Below are positions 53,232-63,238 of a stretch of DNA of 64,000 bases, in pieces (within the stretch, counting starts at the first letter, position 1; every line of letters begins with the position of its first letter). The notes below the pieces were generated by a model, which was not told the origin of the DNA, did no database searches, and saw nothing but the letters and a program-made list of their open reading frames with translations. The stretch is from Amoebidium appalachense. Its lineage: Eukaryota > Protista > Ichthyosporea. The stretch lies in contig CAVNZM010000005.1 of assembly GCA_963693365.1 (NCBI GenBank), positions 6,888,210 through 6,952,209 on the forward strand. The letters are read 5' to 3'. The translations under genes and the position numbers were made by a program.

Positions 53232-55337
53232 TTATAACGGAGCTCGCACCGAGGGGCCTGGGGGCTCTCGTACGGCACGTTGCTGGACCACAGCACGGAG
53301 CAGAGGCAGACGGGCTAGTAACTCTCGCCGGTATGCCTTCCACTCTGGGTCCTTGAGTGCCGGGTGGTTACTGCTAAGAAGGGCAACGTCAGGGAATTGT
53401 GTTGCTTCTTGCCCGTACACAAGATAATACGGTGTACATTGCAAAATTTTGTGTGTTGTTGTGTTGTATGCATGTGTAACCACCGGCAACAGAGTGTCCC
53501 AATTAGTGTGCTCATAATTAACGTACTTTGAGAGTGCATTATTAATAAATCTATGAGACCGTTCATTGGAACCGTTGCTTTGTGGGTGATATGCAGAGGT
53601 GCTCACTTGTGCAATATTTGCTATACGGCAAATCTCAATAATTAGCTCATTGAGAAATTCTGATCCTTGATCACTCAAAAGTGTACGAGGGGGGCCGTGT
53701 ATATAGCAAATTACATTCATGAGTGCATGTGCAACATTAACGGCATGCTTAGATTGGATGGGCACAGTGATTAAATACTTCGTTGCCATATCCATAAACA
53801 CACAAATGAAAGTATTACCATTTTTCGTTTCTGTGAACGGACCCATAAGGTCAACAGAAACACGAGAGAACATTTTTAAATTTTCGTATCTCTGTTCAAA
53901 TGGCCTACTTCTCAAGTGTGGGTTATCGTTACGGCCTTGGCACTGTGTGCAGGCATTCACATAAGCAGTGATATCTTTGTGCATGCGTGGCCAATAATAA
54001 TTGTATAATCTTTCGTAAGTTCGTTCGATGCCAGTATGAGCCCCCCCGTCGTGCACACTTCTTAATAAATCAGCACGAAGGATTTCGGGCACATACAGGC
54101 AACGACGACCATCCTTAGCCACATGATAAAGCACTTCATCCTCTATCACACACATTTGGGCTATTTTCTTAACCTTTTTGTATCCGAAATACTCAAGATT
54201 AAGACCGTGTGCAGCTCGTTCCCCCCCTGCCTGCCATTCCCGTTTGGCCTCGGCATCGAGGGAGGCAAGCCACCGTAGCCACGTGATTATATCCTTACAC
54301 ATTTTGTCCCCCCCCTGTGCCATCATAATTGCTTCCTTCTGATAGCCGGCACCACCGAGTGCAGAAAGGGAGGGCAGGCCGGCTTGACTGAGTGCAGAAA
54401 TTTGTGCACATTTCAAGCGGTCTGGATCGAAAATGTGTGTGAATTCGAGTGCATCACCCCAATCAACAAACACTTCGGCTGGTTGCGAGCTAAGCTCGGA
54501 TAAATCTGCTGTGAGAACCTCTTGTAATTCCTTTTTCACATCCCACCTTTCCAGTGGTATGTTTTCGTTCTCATGCAGAATATATCCTATACGGCTTAAC
54601 CCATCAGCATCGTGCATGGTAGGGCCAGGACGGTAGTATAGATCGAAATCATACTCCTGCATTTCCAAAGCCCACCGTTGCATCCGTTCGTTTGCTATCC
54701 TTTTGACACCTTTAAGAGAAAGACAGGGCTTATGGTCACTTTCCACAATAGTATTTACTCGACCATACACGTACACCCTAAACTCTTTCAGTGCCCAATA
54801 GATTGCATGCGTTTCTCGTTCGATGTTGCTCCACCTACGTTCGGTAGGTTGAAACATCCGGGAGGCATATGCCACCGTGCGGAACTTGCCATCTTTTTGT
54901 TTTTGATACAGGCAAGCCCCTTCCGAGAACCGACTAGCATCACAACGAATAAGAAACTGACCCCCCGTGGGGGAAAGATCGGGCAGGGCAAGCACTTCCT
55001 CCGATAACGCCGATTTTAAATCTTTAAACGAGCGATCTAATTCGTCCGTCCATTTTAACCGTCGGTGTTTTTCTCCGTAACACTTGGCATTCATGGGTCG
55101 GGCTCGCTCTGCATAATTTAAAATGTGACGGCGGAGATAGGAAGTAATACCCAGAAAACCCCGGAGTTGGTGTAGTGTGTTTGGTACCGTCCAATCTTTC
55201 ACTGCCTGAACCTTTTTCGGGTCGGGCCGAATGCCATTTACACCTACAATCCAACCCAAAAACGGTATTTCCGTTAGCCCAATATATGTCTTTGCCCCAT
55301 CGAGCTTAACACCATATTCACCGAGACGGGTGAAAAG
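53232..55337 (-). CDS. Ty3/Gypsy pol fragment: RT C-terminus, RNase H, integrase
   Basis: RT thumb LFTRLGEYGVKLDGAK...FLGWIV...PDPKKV...LRGFLG. RNase H CDAS/ERE/SDHKP/DADGLSR. Integrase HHCC (HDGGAH...CTQC) and DDE (VDLMGP, SDQGSEF, NGSNERSH). Open without stops, 5'-truncated (no YxDD, PR or gag) and 3'-fused into the inverted LTR copy. Confidence 0.93.
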   Translation of the reverse strand, partial: LFTRLGEYGVKLDGAKTYIGLTEIPFLGWIVGVNGIRPDPKKVQAVKDWTVPNTLHQLRGFLGITSYLRRHILNYAERARPMNAKCYGEKHRRLKWTDELDRSFKDLKSALSEEVLALPDLSPTGGQFLIRCDASRFSEGACLYQKQKDGKFRTVAYASRMFQPTERRWSNIERETHAIYWALKEFRVYVYGRVNTIVESDHKPCLSLKGVKRIANERMQRWALEMQEYDFDLYYRPGPTMHDADGLSRIGYILHENENIPLERWDVKKELQEVLTADLSELSSQPAEVFVDWGDALEFTHIFDPDRLKCAQISALSQAGLPSLSALGGAGYQKEAIMMAQGGDKMCKDIITWLRWLASLDAEAKREWQAGGERAAHGLNLEYFGYKKVKKIAQMCVIEDEVLYHVAKDGRRCLYVPEILRADLLRSVHDGGAHTGIERTYERLYNYYWPRMHKDITAYVNACTQCQGRNDNPHLRSRPFEQRYENLKMFSRVSVDLMGPFTETKNGNTFICVFMDMATKYLITVPIQSKHAVNVAHALMNVICYIHGPPRTLLSDQGSEFLNELIIEICRIANIAQVSTSAYHPQSNGSNERSHRFINNALSKYVNYEHTNWDTLLPVVTHAYNTTTHKILQCTPYYLVYGQEATQFPDVALLSSNHPALKDPEWKAYRRELLARLPLLRAVVQQRAVREPPGPSVRAPL

Positions 55338-55593
55338 TCACAACTTCAACAAGGTTCTGCCGGACGAGTGGGTGGTGGAAAAGGTGCTTGACGTAAGAAT
55401 TCAGAAACGGCGCAAGCAATCCACCCCTTACAAGTGGTACCAGATCAAGTGGGCAGGCAAAGATGATTCATTCACCTCTTGGGAGTGTGAGAAAGACTTA
55501 GCCTGCCCGGACAAGATCCGAGAGTTCCACCAACGCAGAGGTGACCTTGCATCGTTCCACGGATACATTGACTCATTGTGTGGAGCATGGTGA
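55336..55593 (+). CDS. Chromodomain (integrase C-terminus of a chromovirus), orientation opposite to pol
   Basis: EWVVEKVLDVRI...YQIKWAGKDDSFTSWECEKDLACPDKIREF matches the chromodomain consensus, and is followed by stop, PPT and LTR. Confidence 0.88.
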   Translation, partial: SHNFNKVLPDEWVVEKVLDVRIQKRRKQSTPYKWYQIKWAGKDDSFTSWECEKDLACPDKIREFHQRRGDLASFHGYIDSLCGAW

Positions 55594-55633
55594 CGTATGT
55601 CGAGGACGACATACTTCTTTTTACGGTGGGGCG

Positions 55634-56245
55634 TGTGGTATATTATACCGGATATCTAGTATGGATGTACACAGGTTGAGATATACGCACACGTGTACAT
55701 GTATATATACCACTGTGTTTGATCTTAGGTAGGCCAGTATGCATGTCCCTCCCAGTCTTGTGCGCATGAGCATGGAGTTAAACATATGTGCACGTGCAAC
55801 TTGCAGGATTATTCATGGGAAAACAGATATAATAGCCACATGGGACCGACACGTAGCAGAGGAACCATGAGCGTTAAGTTATAGTTTTATCATGGGAAAA
55901 TATGCAAGTAGCCGCGTGAGGTATGACTGTGGAATGCATCGATAATCAAGTACTGTCACCCGATTGGCTCAATAGGTTTATTGGAACCGTGATAGCCATG
56001 GGACAGAACCGTGAACCGTATGTGATTGGCTCTCGTAGCCAAAAAGCACATACCGATGCGCATGTCTGAGCCGCTGTGCGAGCTCCGTTATAAGGGCATG
56101 TCGGGGGCTTCAGAGCTCACTCAGTGTGCTCGGCTTACTAGGTGTAAGTAGGACTAGCACGTAACTAAGCAAAGCGTGGTCTAGTCAACCCCGTTCATTT
56201 ATAAACATATTGTTTGTCACAGACACACGATCATATTATACAACA
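55634..56245 (+). repeat. Complete LTR (~612 bp) preceded by a polypurine tract
   Basis: GGTGGGGCG at 55625-55633. LTR runs TGTGGTATATTAT...ATATTATACAACA (TG...CA, 11/13 terminal inverted match). Confidence 0.85.
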
Positions 56246-56311
56246 AGTCGTTTGACCGGTTCAGATGTGGCAGACAAGGCATCCTTTGGGAAAACTTTCA
56301 TCAGCAAACTT

Positions 56312-58377
56312 CCCGGAAGTATTGCCAACGTATTTTTTGCTATTGGGGCTATTGGCGATATTGGCAATAGAACCCCTTGCCGCCAATAAGAACACCATAT
56401 TGCAATAATATTGCTTTGGTATTGTCAATGGTAATACAGTACCAATACCCTCTATTGTCGATATCCCGCTGATATGAATATATTATCCAGTATATGTTAC
56501 ATCAATATCGCCAATACATTAGAGTGCCATTACATTACCATTGCATTACTATTGGGCTAGCATTATAGACGTATTGCCAATATCAATTATACCCGGGCGA
56601 TATTACAATAACAACCAAATAATATCAAAAATACAGATAATGATATGGATAATACTGTATTTTCGCATTGTAGTTGCACTATGAACACATTATTAATGTA
56701 TTGCCAATATGTAATTCATAGAAATACAAAGATTTAAATATCAAGAAACATATAAACAATGTATTGCCAAAATATGATCCAACTATAATCAATATATAAA
56801 TGCGGTATCGCCGATAGGTTGTTTTATTATCGTGAGTATATTGATGACATAAACAGAGGTATGATTAATACACTCCCAACACATTACAAATAAGGAATAA
56901 GTAAGTATGTTCCATATCAAGCATATATTGGCAACATACGAATGATACCACCACCATAAAGATATAAGTATTGATAATGCATTGCATATATATTATAAAT
57001 ATCACACTATATTATTCAAATACATTGCCAATAAATTGATAATGGGAACGAATGCATGCAAAGTACAGTATAAGTGCGCTTATAACATGAAAGGCATATC
57101 GGACGAACATTGCCAATGTATTAATAATAACTTTATTGACACCTCATTAATCACATGCTCAATATATTGGCAATATGCACACGGTACGGTAAGCACAGCC
57201 CCATGATCATTGTCAATGTATTGCCAATGTATTGCACATGTCGTCATCCATACGTGTTCCGTATGGTCACTTTATTAACTTCGGTTGGATATACCACATT
57301 ATATTGAGGACCACACCTGGTGGCCCTCCCCTCCCCCCCTCCCCCCCCCCGCCCCCCCCCCCCCCCCCCCTCCCCCCCCCCCCCCCGCCCCCCCCCCCTC
57401 CCCCCCCCCCCCCCCCCCCCCCCGCGCCCCACCCCCTTTTCCCACAGGCTCAACCGGCCATGTATACACCGCCCCCCCCCCCCCCCCCCTAAAAAAACCC
57501 AAGTCCACTACCCCCCCCCCCCCCCCCCCCCACCCAAAATCAAAGAAAAAAAAACTTTTAGGGCTCGTCAATGTTGCAGGCGGCATGGGACTTGTCGATG
57601 TTGCAGGCATGGCCGTGCTCGGTATTGGCGGCGAGGGGAGACTTAGGAGCGGGGGGAGGCTCTGGAGCGTGGGGGGACTTTTGGGCGTTGATCTCTGAGT
57701 CTTGTTGCTCAGCCTCGGCCTCCTTGAGCCTTGCCTCCTCCTGGGCCTTGAAAGTCTTCCAGTTGTTGATGGCCTGAGGACACACGTATTAGAATGAATG
57801 TAACAAGAGTTCTGCAGACAAAGACATGTGCCAAGTGGCAAGCTGCAAATGGAGCATAATTTAACTGAAATAATAATATGCAAACATACTCCCCATCTTC
57901 TGGCAAGAAAGCTATAAAATGTGGAAGTATCATGTGAAGTTCATGTTCAAGGGGTTGGGAGGAGGGAGGGGGGGGGGGGGGGGTTCCCTACCGCTTCAAA
58001 AGACCTCGTGTTCGCCAGCCCGTGCCAGTCCTTGGGGATGCCTCCCTCCTTGGAGAAGGGTGACCAGACAGGCAAGCCATTTTCAGCTTGTGCCGCAGTG
58101 CGGTCGCTCAGACAGGCCTCGATGATGTAGATGATGAAGCGCACAAATTGGGGCGAGTCCTTCAGCACGTCCTGCATCATTGAGAAATCAGCAGTTAGCT
58201 ATGATCATGTGGATTGGGCTTGGGTTAATCTAGTACATCAAGGACCATTAACTTAGTAAAAGGAAAATGAACTCATAGACAGCAAACGCAATTGAAACAA
58301 ACGAAAGAACTAGAAAAGAAAGTGATTCCATACACACATGCCCAAAAGGGCTATTATGGGAGGGGATAAGGGTGTGT

Positions 58378-58412
<35 letters not shown>

Positions 58413-59381
58413 GGACTTACGTCAATGGTCTCGAAGGTGATGTCCATGTCGTTGGCGCGGTTTCGCACTTCATCCAAGGCCAATAGCAGGTCGAGGAGCG
58501 CTGGGTTCCCAAAAGGGTGGCCGGTCTCTGGGTCGCGGAAAGCCCTGCTGCCACCTGACATGCCTGGGGCAAGGTCGATGATATCCATGAGGCTCTGCCA
58601 GAACGCCCACCGGGACGTGAACTCCCCGGGGACATCCCTGTCCAAGATCTGCAAGAAGAGATGTGCATGTCAGTGATGAGTGCTGACGAAAGAATGTACA
58701 AACAGATTCAGAATAACTTGTCAACGGTAAAAGGTGTTCAATGCCTAACAAACAGCTACTACTAGCATAGTATCATGGGCACATTCATTTTTGTCCTACA
58801 CTCTGACTATAAAACTCTACATTGCAGGCAGTGTTTGGGGTTTGAACACACAAGCAACCAGGGTTTAGGAAGCTTACCCTGACGTTTCCTGGAAGCACAC
58901 TGAACATGGGCATTTGCCGCCGGACAGACTTGACGACGTTGTGCTTGGCCTGTGACATGGCCCTGCTGAACCTGCCATGTTTGGGTGGAGGGTGTTAATA
59001 TCGTTATATAAAAAAGTCAACAAGATAACCAACCATTTTAATGTAAACCTATGGATAGTTGTCCCACACTACTTGCAAGAAGTAAAGTATGTCGACGACA
59101 ATATCACTCACTAGAAACATATGAACAATACAATGCCAATATCATTTACATATCGAAGACATGTTGGCAATACTATTTCGATACAATGCCACAGCTATTA
59201 CGAATATATGAAACATATGAGGGACACGTAAACTTAATCAAAAGTACAACAAGTGTTCACTAACATATTGCCAATGTATCAGAATGATACGATGCCGTAT
59301 ATCAACCCTATGAGCACCTCATTATGATGGATAGAACACTTGGGGATGATGTGGTGTGCTTGTGTGTGTGTGCTTGCGCTT

Positions 59382-59416
<35 letters not shown>

Positions 59417-60699
59417 TTACTTACTTGGACCTGAGCTTGAAGTCTTCATCGGTCCGCTTCAGCTTGCCGAAGTACACAACGGCTTCTTGAATCTCCTCGT
59501 CGGAAACCTTCCCCCAGGAGGGCTTTCCTGTGGGGGGGTCTTTCTTGAGCGTCATAGCGATGGCCTTGATAAGGCGCTGGGGATCATTCTGGATGTTGGC
59601 GCCAAACTTCATGAGCACCGTGGTGTACACAGTGTCGGTCATGGGGTGCTTCCGAAGAAGCCTTGCCTGCATTGGATGGAATAAAGAGAGGGTTGGTAAG
59701 AAGGTCTTTTTTATCTCATGGAACAAAGATTTAATGAAGACATGCACATGACTAATTGATTCGTTAACTGACGTGAACCATAGAATAGGGTTTTTATGGG
59801 TTTGGATTTGATACACATGCGGTTGAACATTCTTAATTACTTCAAACGTTGTCTTCAAGGTTTGGCCGTGTCATTGGGAGGGGGAGGGGGGGGGGGGGGG
59901 GACGATGTCTTCAAGGTTTGGCGGTGTCATTGGGAGGGGGGAAGGGGGGGGGGGGGGGGGCTGGATGGGGAGGATGGGGGGCCGGGGATGCATTACCACA
60001 GTGGTGTTCAGCATCAACTCATCATCCGCAGTAGCCTCATTGGAGGACACATCAGACATCTTCATCTTCTTGACCTTGGGCCTCTTGGGGGGGTCGTCGT
60101 CCTGGGAGGGAGCGGCCCGCTTCAGGACACCCGTCGTCGCGAAATTCGCGATGCCTGCTCTTTTCGATGGTGTCTCTGTGCCAAAAGCAATGTCCAGAGC
60201 ATCACGCTCGGTCAACTCCGGCACTTGCGCGCGCAGGAGGGCAGCAAACGCGATGTCGAGTTTGGAGTAGTTCATCGGGGCCGAGACGGGGGCGGGGGTC
60301 AACGGCATGGGTAGCTTGGAGCTGTCCTTGCTGCTGGAGCTGTCCTTGCTGCCGGATTTATCTGTGTAGGAATGGTTGGGCACTCAACATCCCGACCGAA
60401 GCCACAAGAGTATTACGAGGTCACTACCAACTTATTCTCAATACATGCTAAGTACAACACCAATACTGTAACGATATCACGATGGTATTGCCATTATGTA
60501 CGTAGCCTACGACAATTGCATAAAGCATAACAAATGTATATTAGCAATGTATTGCGCATGTTTGTTCGATATTCACCGTCAACGAGGAACACATTGAAAA
60601 TGAGATGCAGTTGGTTTGTGTACAATGGTAGGTGTTTGGACCGTGTGTGTGTTTCTGTGGTTGTGTGTGTGTGCGCGTGTGTGTGTGTGGTGGGTGGTG

Positions 60700-60746
<47 letters not shown>

Positions 60747-62100
60747 AAAAAAGACAAGACCTGGCAGCAAGGGCCAAGACAAAGACTGGTAGGCTCTCAC
60801 TAAAAGTGTGGGGTTAGGGTCCCAGTATGAGCGGCAGCGGCAGCGCAATTCTAGGGGTGTTGCTGCTAGCCAACCCTCAGAGAGAATGTTGACAGCCTGT
60901 GCAAAGTTTGGGCCCGAATGGAACCCAAAGTGAAGCGCAAACGGCGTGGTCATGACAAGGTCACCAGGGTACTGCACCAGCACCTCAGGGACCAGACCCT
61001 CCTTCACCCATTCCATGATTGCTTCGGCGGTAGGAATGAACGTCTTGTGTTGTATGGGGTTTTTGCACTCAACACCTAAGTCTTCCTGCAGTTTGGCTAC
61101 GATCGTTCGATACACCGAGGGTGGGTAACAAAACCAGAATTTTGGGTAGCCAGCAACATGTAGTGAACAAGACGGCACCCCGTTGTCCTCCGAGTGAATT
61201 TCAAACACAGAACCTCCCTTCTTCGCAGGTGATAAGTGCACGTAACTAAACGGCCGATTGATACCAGGCAAGTCCTGAAGATAATGAGGCCGACCAAGGG
61301 GTGTTGCATTGACCAGTTGTGTCAGATCAGGAATGCTATGCAGGCGTCTTTTCGGCGGGGGGAGGTCAACGTGTGCAGCATATACACCCCCACCGTTGAG
61401 TGCCTTTTCGTACAGACTTACGACTTCACGGACGGTGGTTTGAGGACTAAGTGGGGGTGCATGTGCCCTAGCAGCTTCGATGCTAGCCTGTATGTCTATA
61501 GTCGTGCAAGGTGTGCGAATGACCTGCCTCCAATGATTGTTGGTGGGTTGCAATGTAAATACGTGGGCATGCTTGCGTAGAGCAGTGGGTGTGTACTGAG
61601 ACAAGGCATCTACAAAGGGTATTGGGGGGGCGAACTGTCGAAGCACAACACCACCAACGTCTACATCAGCAATCTTCCCCCCCATCGGAAACCCCTCTAC
61701 GACGTCGACGACGGGTTCGGAGTAGTTTACGATACCTGAGTGGCTGCGTTTGGTACCCTCGACATTTTAATGGATGGAAAAGCTGAAAACCCATCGTCGA
61801 CGTCGACAAGCATGTTACAGGGTAATAAAGAGGTCCACTGATTTTTCGACCCTCATGTGTATATGCCAACGTCATCCTATGGACATGCTGTGCATGCGTT
61901 TACACCGTCCATTAAACAAATGTAGCACCTATTCCAATGCTATAGATGTGCTATGGACGTCGTAAGCCTGTTCTACGTATGTATACTGTGTAGGCTAACA
62001 TGATGGGTATCGTCGACGTCGAAAACAAAGCATACTGTGAAGGCGATTCTAAGCATCTTAATATGAGGTTTCCGACGTCTGTAAACTAATAAGAAACGGC
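56312..62100. mobile_element. Putative large CACTA/CMC-type DNA transposon (left end only) carrying a JmjC gene
   Basis: Begins CCCGGAAGTA (56312), resembling the CCCG(G/A)AGTAG termini of the nearby MITE, followed by ~1 kb of AT-rich DNA with many TATTGCCAA/TTGGCAATA copies in both orientations. No transposase or right terminus is visible in the window, so the end coordinate is approximate. Confidence 0.5.
57558..61685 (-). CDS. KDM4-like JmjC histone lysine demethylase with an unknown C-terminal region; 8 exons, ~775 aa
   Basis: Phase-compatible GT-AG exons 61685-60761, 60654-60577, 60361-59997, 59666-59425, 58971-58878, 58648-58421, 58171-57992 and 57773-57558 give 2328 nt with no internal stop. 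JmjC motifs: GVYAAHV, GINRPFSY, FEIHSED (HxE), YPKFW, CKNPIQHK, QYPGDLVMTTPFALHFGF, NFAQAVN, CRC. The exon 1-2-3 linkage is the least certain part. Confidence 0.8.
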
Positions 62101-62175
62101 GAATTCTGCAATAATAAATACTGTTTTTATAATGTATAAGTACAATAGTTTTATGTGTATATATATATATATCAT

Positions 62176-62223
<48 letters not shown>

Positions 62224-62340
62224 TTGGGGTTTTTATAATGTATAAGTACAATAGTTTTATGTATATATATATAGTATACTTATATATATATATATATATA
62301 TATATATTGGGGGGTAGGGGTGTCCTGGGAATGAATGACC

Positions 62341-63141
62341 CCCGGAGTAGTTTTTCATAGAAGCCCCATACGACCACCATAAGGATCGCTAATTATACCC
62401 CCATACGATCATTATAATGATCTCATTATATGCCCCATACGACCACCATAAGGATCGCTAGTTATACCCCCATACGATCATCATAATGATCTCATTCTAT
62501 GCCTCATACGATCATTATAGTGATCACATACCAAAATCCATACGGTCATCATAATGATCACAAGGAGATTATCTAACGGGCGCAACTGACATGTGAATTT
62601 GTTTTTACGAAAGTGAACCTGCAATGGTTGTAAACCACGGCAAGCCCCCAGTCATCAATTTATTGATCCGTGAGGTCCATGTGCCCAAAAAACGGGAGAA
62701 GTCTTCACCCCGTGAAAAAACAGCACGTATGTGTGGATCAATGGGGGTTGTGTGTGGGTGTAGGTGGGTGGGTGAAAAGGAATATATAGCTGTAAGGCTG
62801 TGGATGCTAAACACAGAAGATGTGTTTGTAGCTTGCTGATCTGCTAAAAACTGTCGTGCTTATATACCTAAGCCTACCGATCTGAGCCAATCAAAAATCG
62901 ATCTAGTGATATGTGAAATTTGATCCGAGCCAATCATAACTCGGTCTAGTGATCTGTGGTATCTGATGTTTTGACTGGCTAATAGGTGCCCGTGTGCGGG
63001 CAGCCAACCGCTAACTGCTAAAACACGAAATGAAGCCTACATGGTTATGTTGGTATCGAACACCCATCCTACGTGTTTACCCAGAAAAATATTTATGTCA
63101 ATAATTTCCACAAATAAAACCTCTATGAAAACTACTTCGGG
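62341..63141. mobile_element. Non-autonomous CMC/CACTA-type MITE (~800 bp) inserted in the YR element
   Basis: TIRs CCCGGAGTAGTTTTTCATAGA (62341) and TCTATGAAAACTACTTCGGG (ends 63141). Probable 2-bp TSD AC, which requires allowing one extra C in the left run. Tandem subterminal CCCCATACGA(C/T)CA repeats at 62364-62560. Confidence 0.7.
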
Positions 63142-63238
63142 ACGTGTGTTGCCTCTAGGGGGACATCCCCTTGGACGAAAGTGAACCTGCAATGGTTGTA
63201 AACCACGGCACGAGAGCAGTATGCTTGCTCCAAAGGTT

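Larger units (their letters stand above)
53080..56245. mobile_element. Rearranged Ty3/Gypsy chromovirus bounded by 170-bp terminal inverted repeats, 5-bp TSD AGTCG
   Basis: 53080-53249 is the reverse complement of 56076-56245. AGTCG flanks both ends (53075-53079 and 56246-56250). Contains pol on the minus strand and chromodomain, PPT and LTR on the plus strand. Confidence 0.92.

Noticed and set aside
53080-56245. Autonomous full-length LTR retrotransposon
   Set aside because: No gag, protease, RT YxDD motif or PBS, and the terminal repeats are inverted rather than direct.
59848-59942. Duplicated GTCTTCAAGGTTTGGC.GTGTCATTGGGAGGGGG unit
   Set aside because: Local slippage duplication inside an intron of the JmjC gene; no functional signal.
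56312-62100. Endogenous giant-virus insertion as the carrier of the JmjC gene
   Set aside because: No viral hallmark genes or dense intronless ORFs, and the gene has spliceosomal introns. A viral origin of the JmjC exon itself is not excluded.
62364-62560. Repeats near the JmjC and YR genes as a CRISPR-like or guide array
   Set aside because: Units are tandem and the intervening sequences are themselves repeated; better explained as MITE subterminal repeats.
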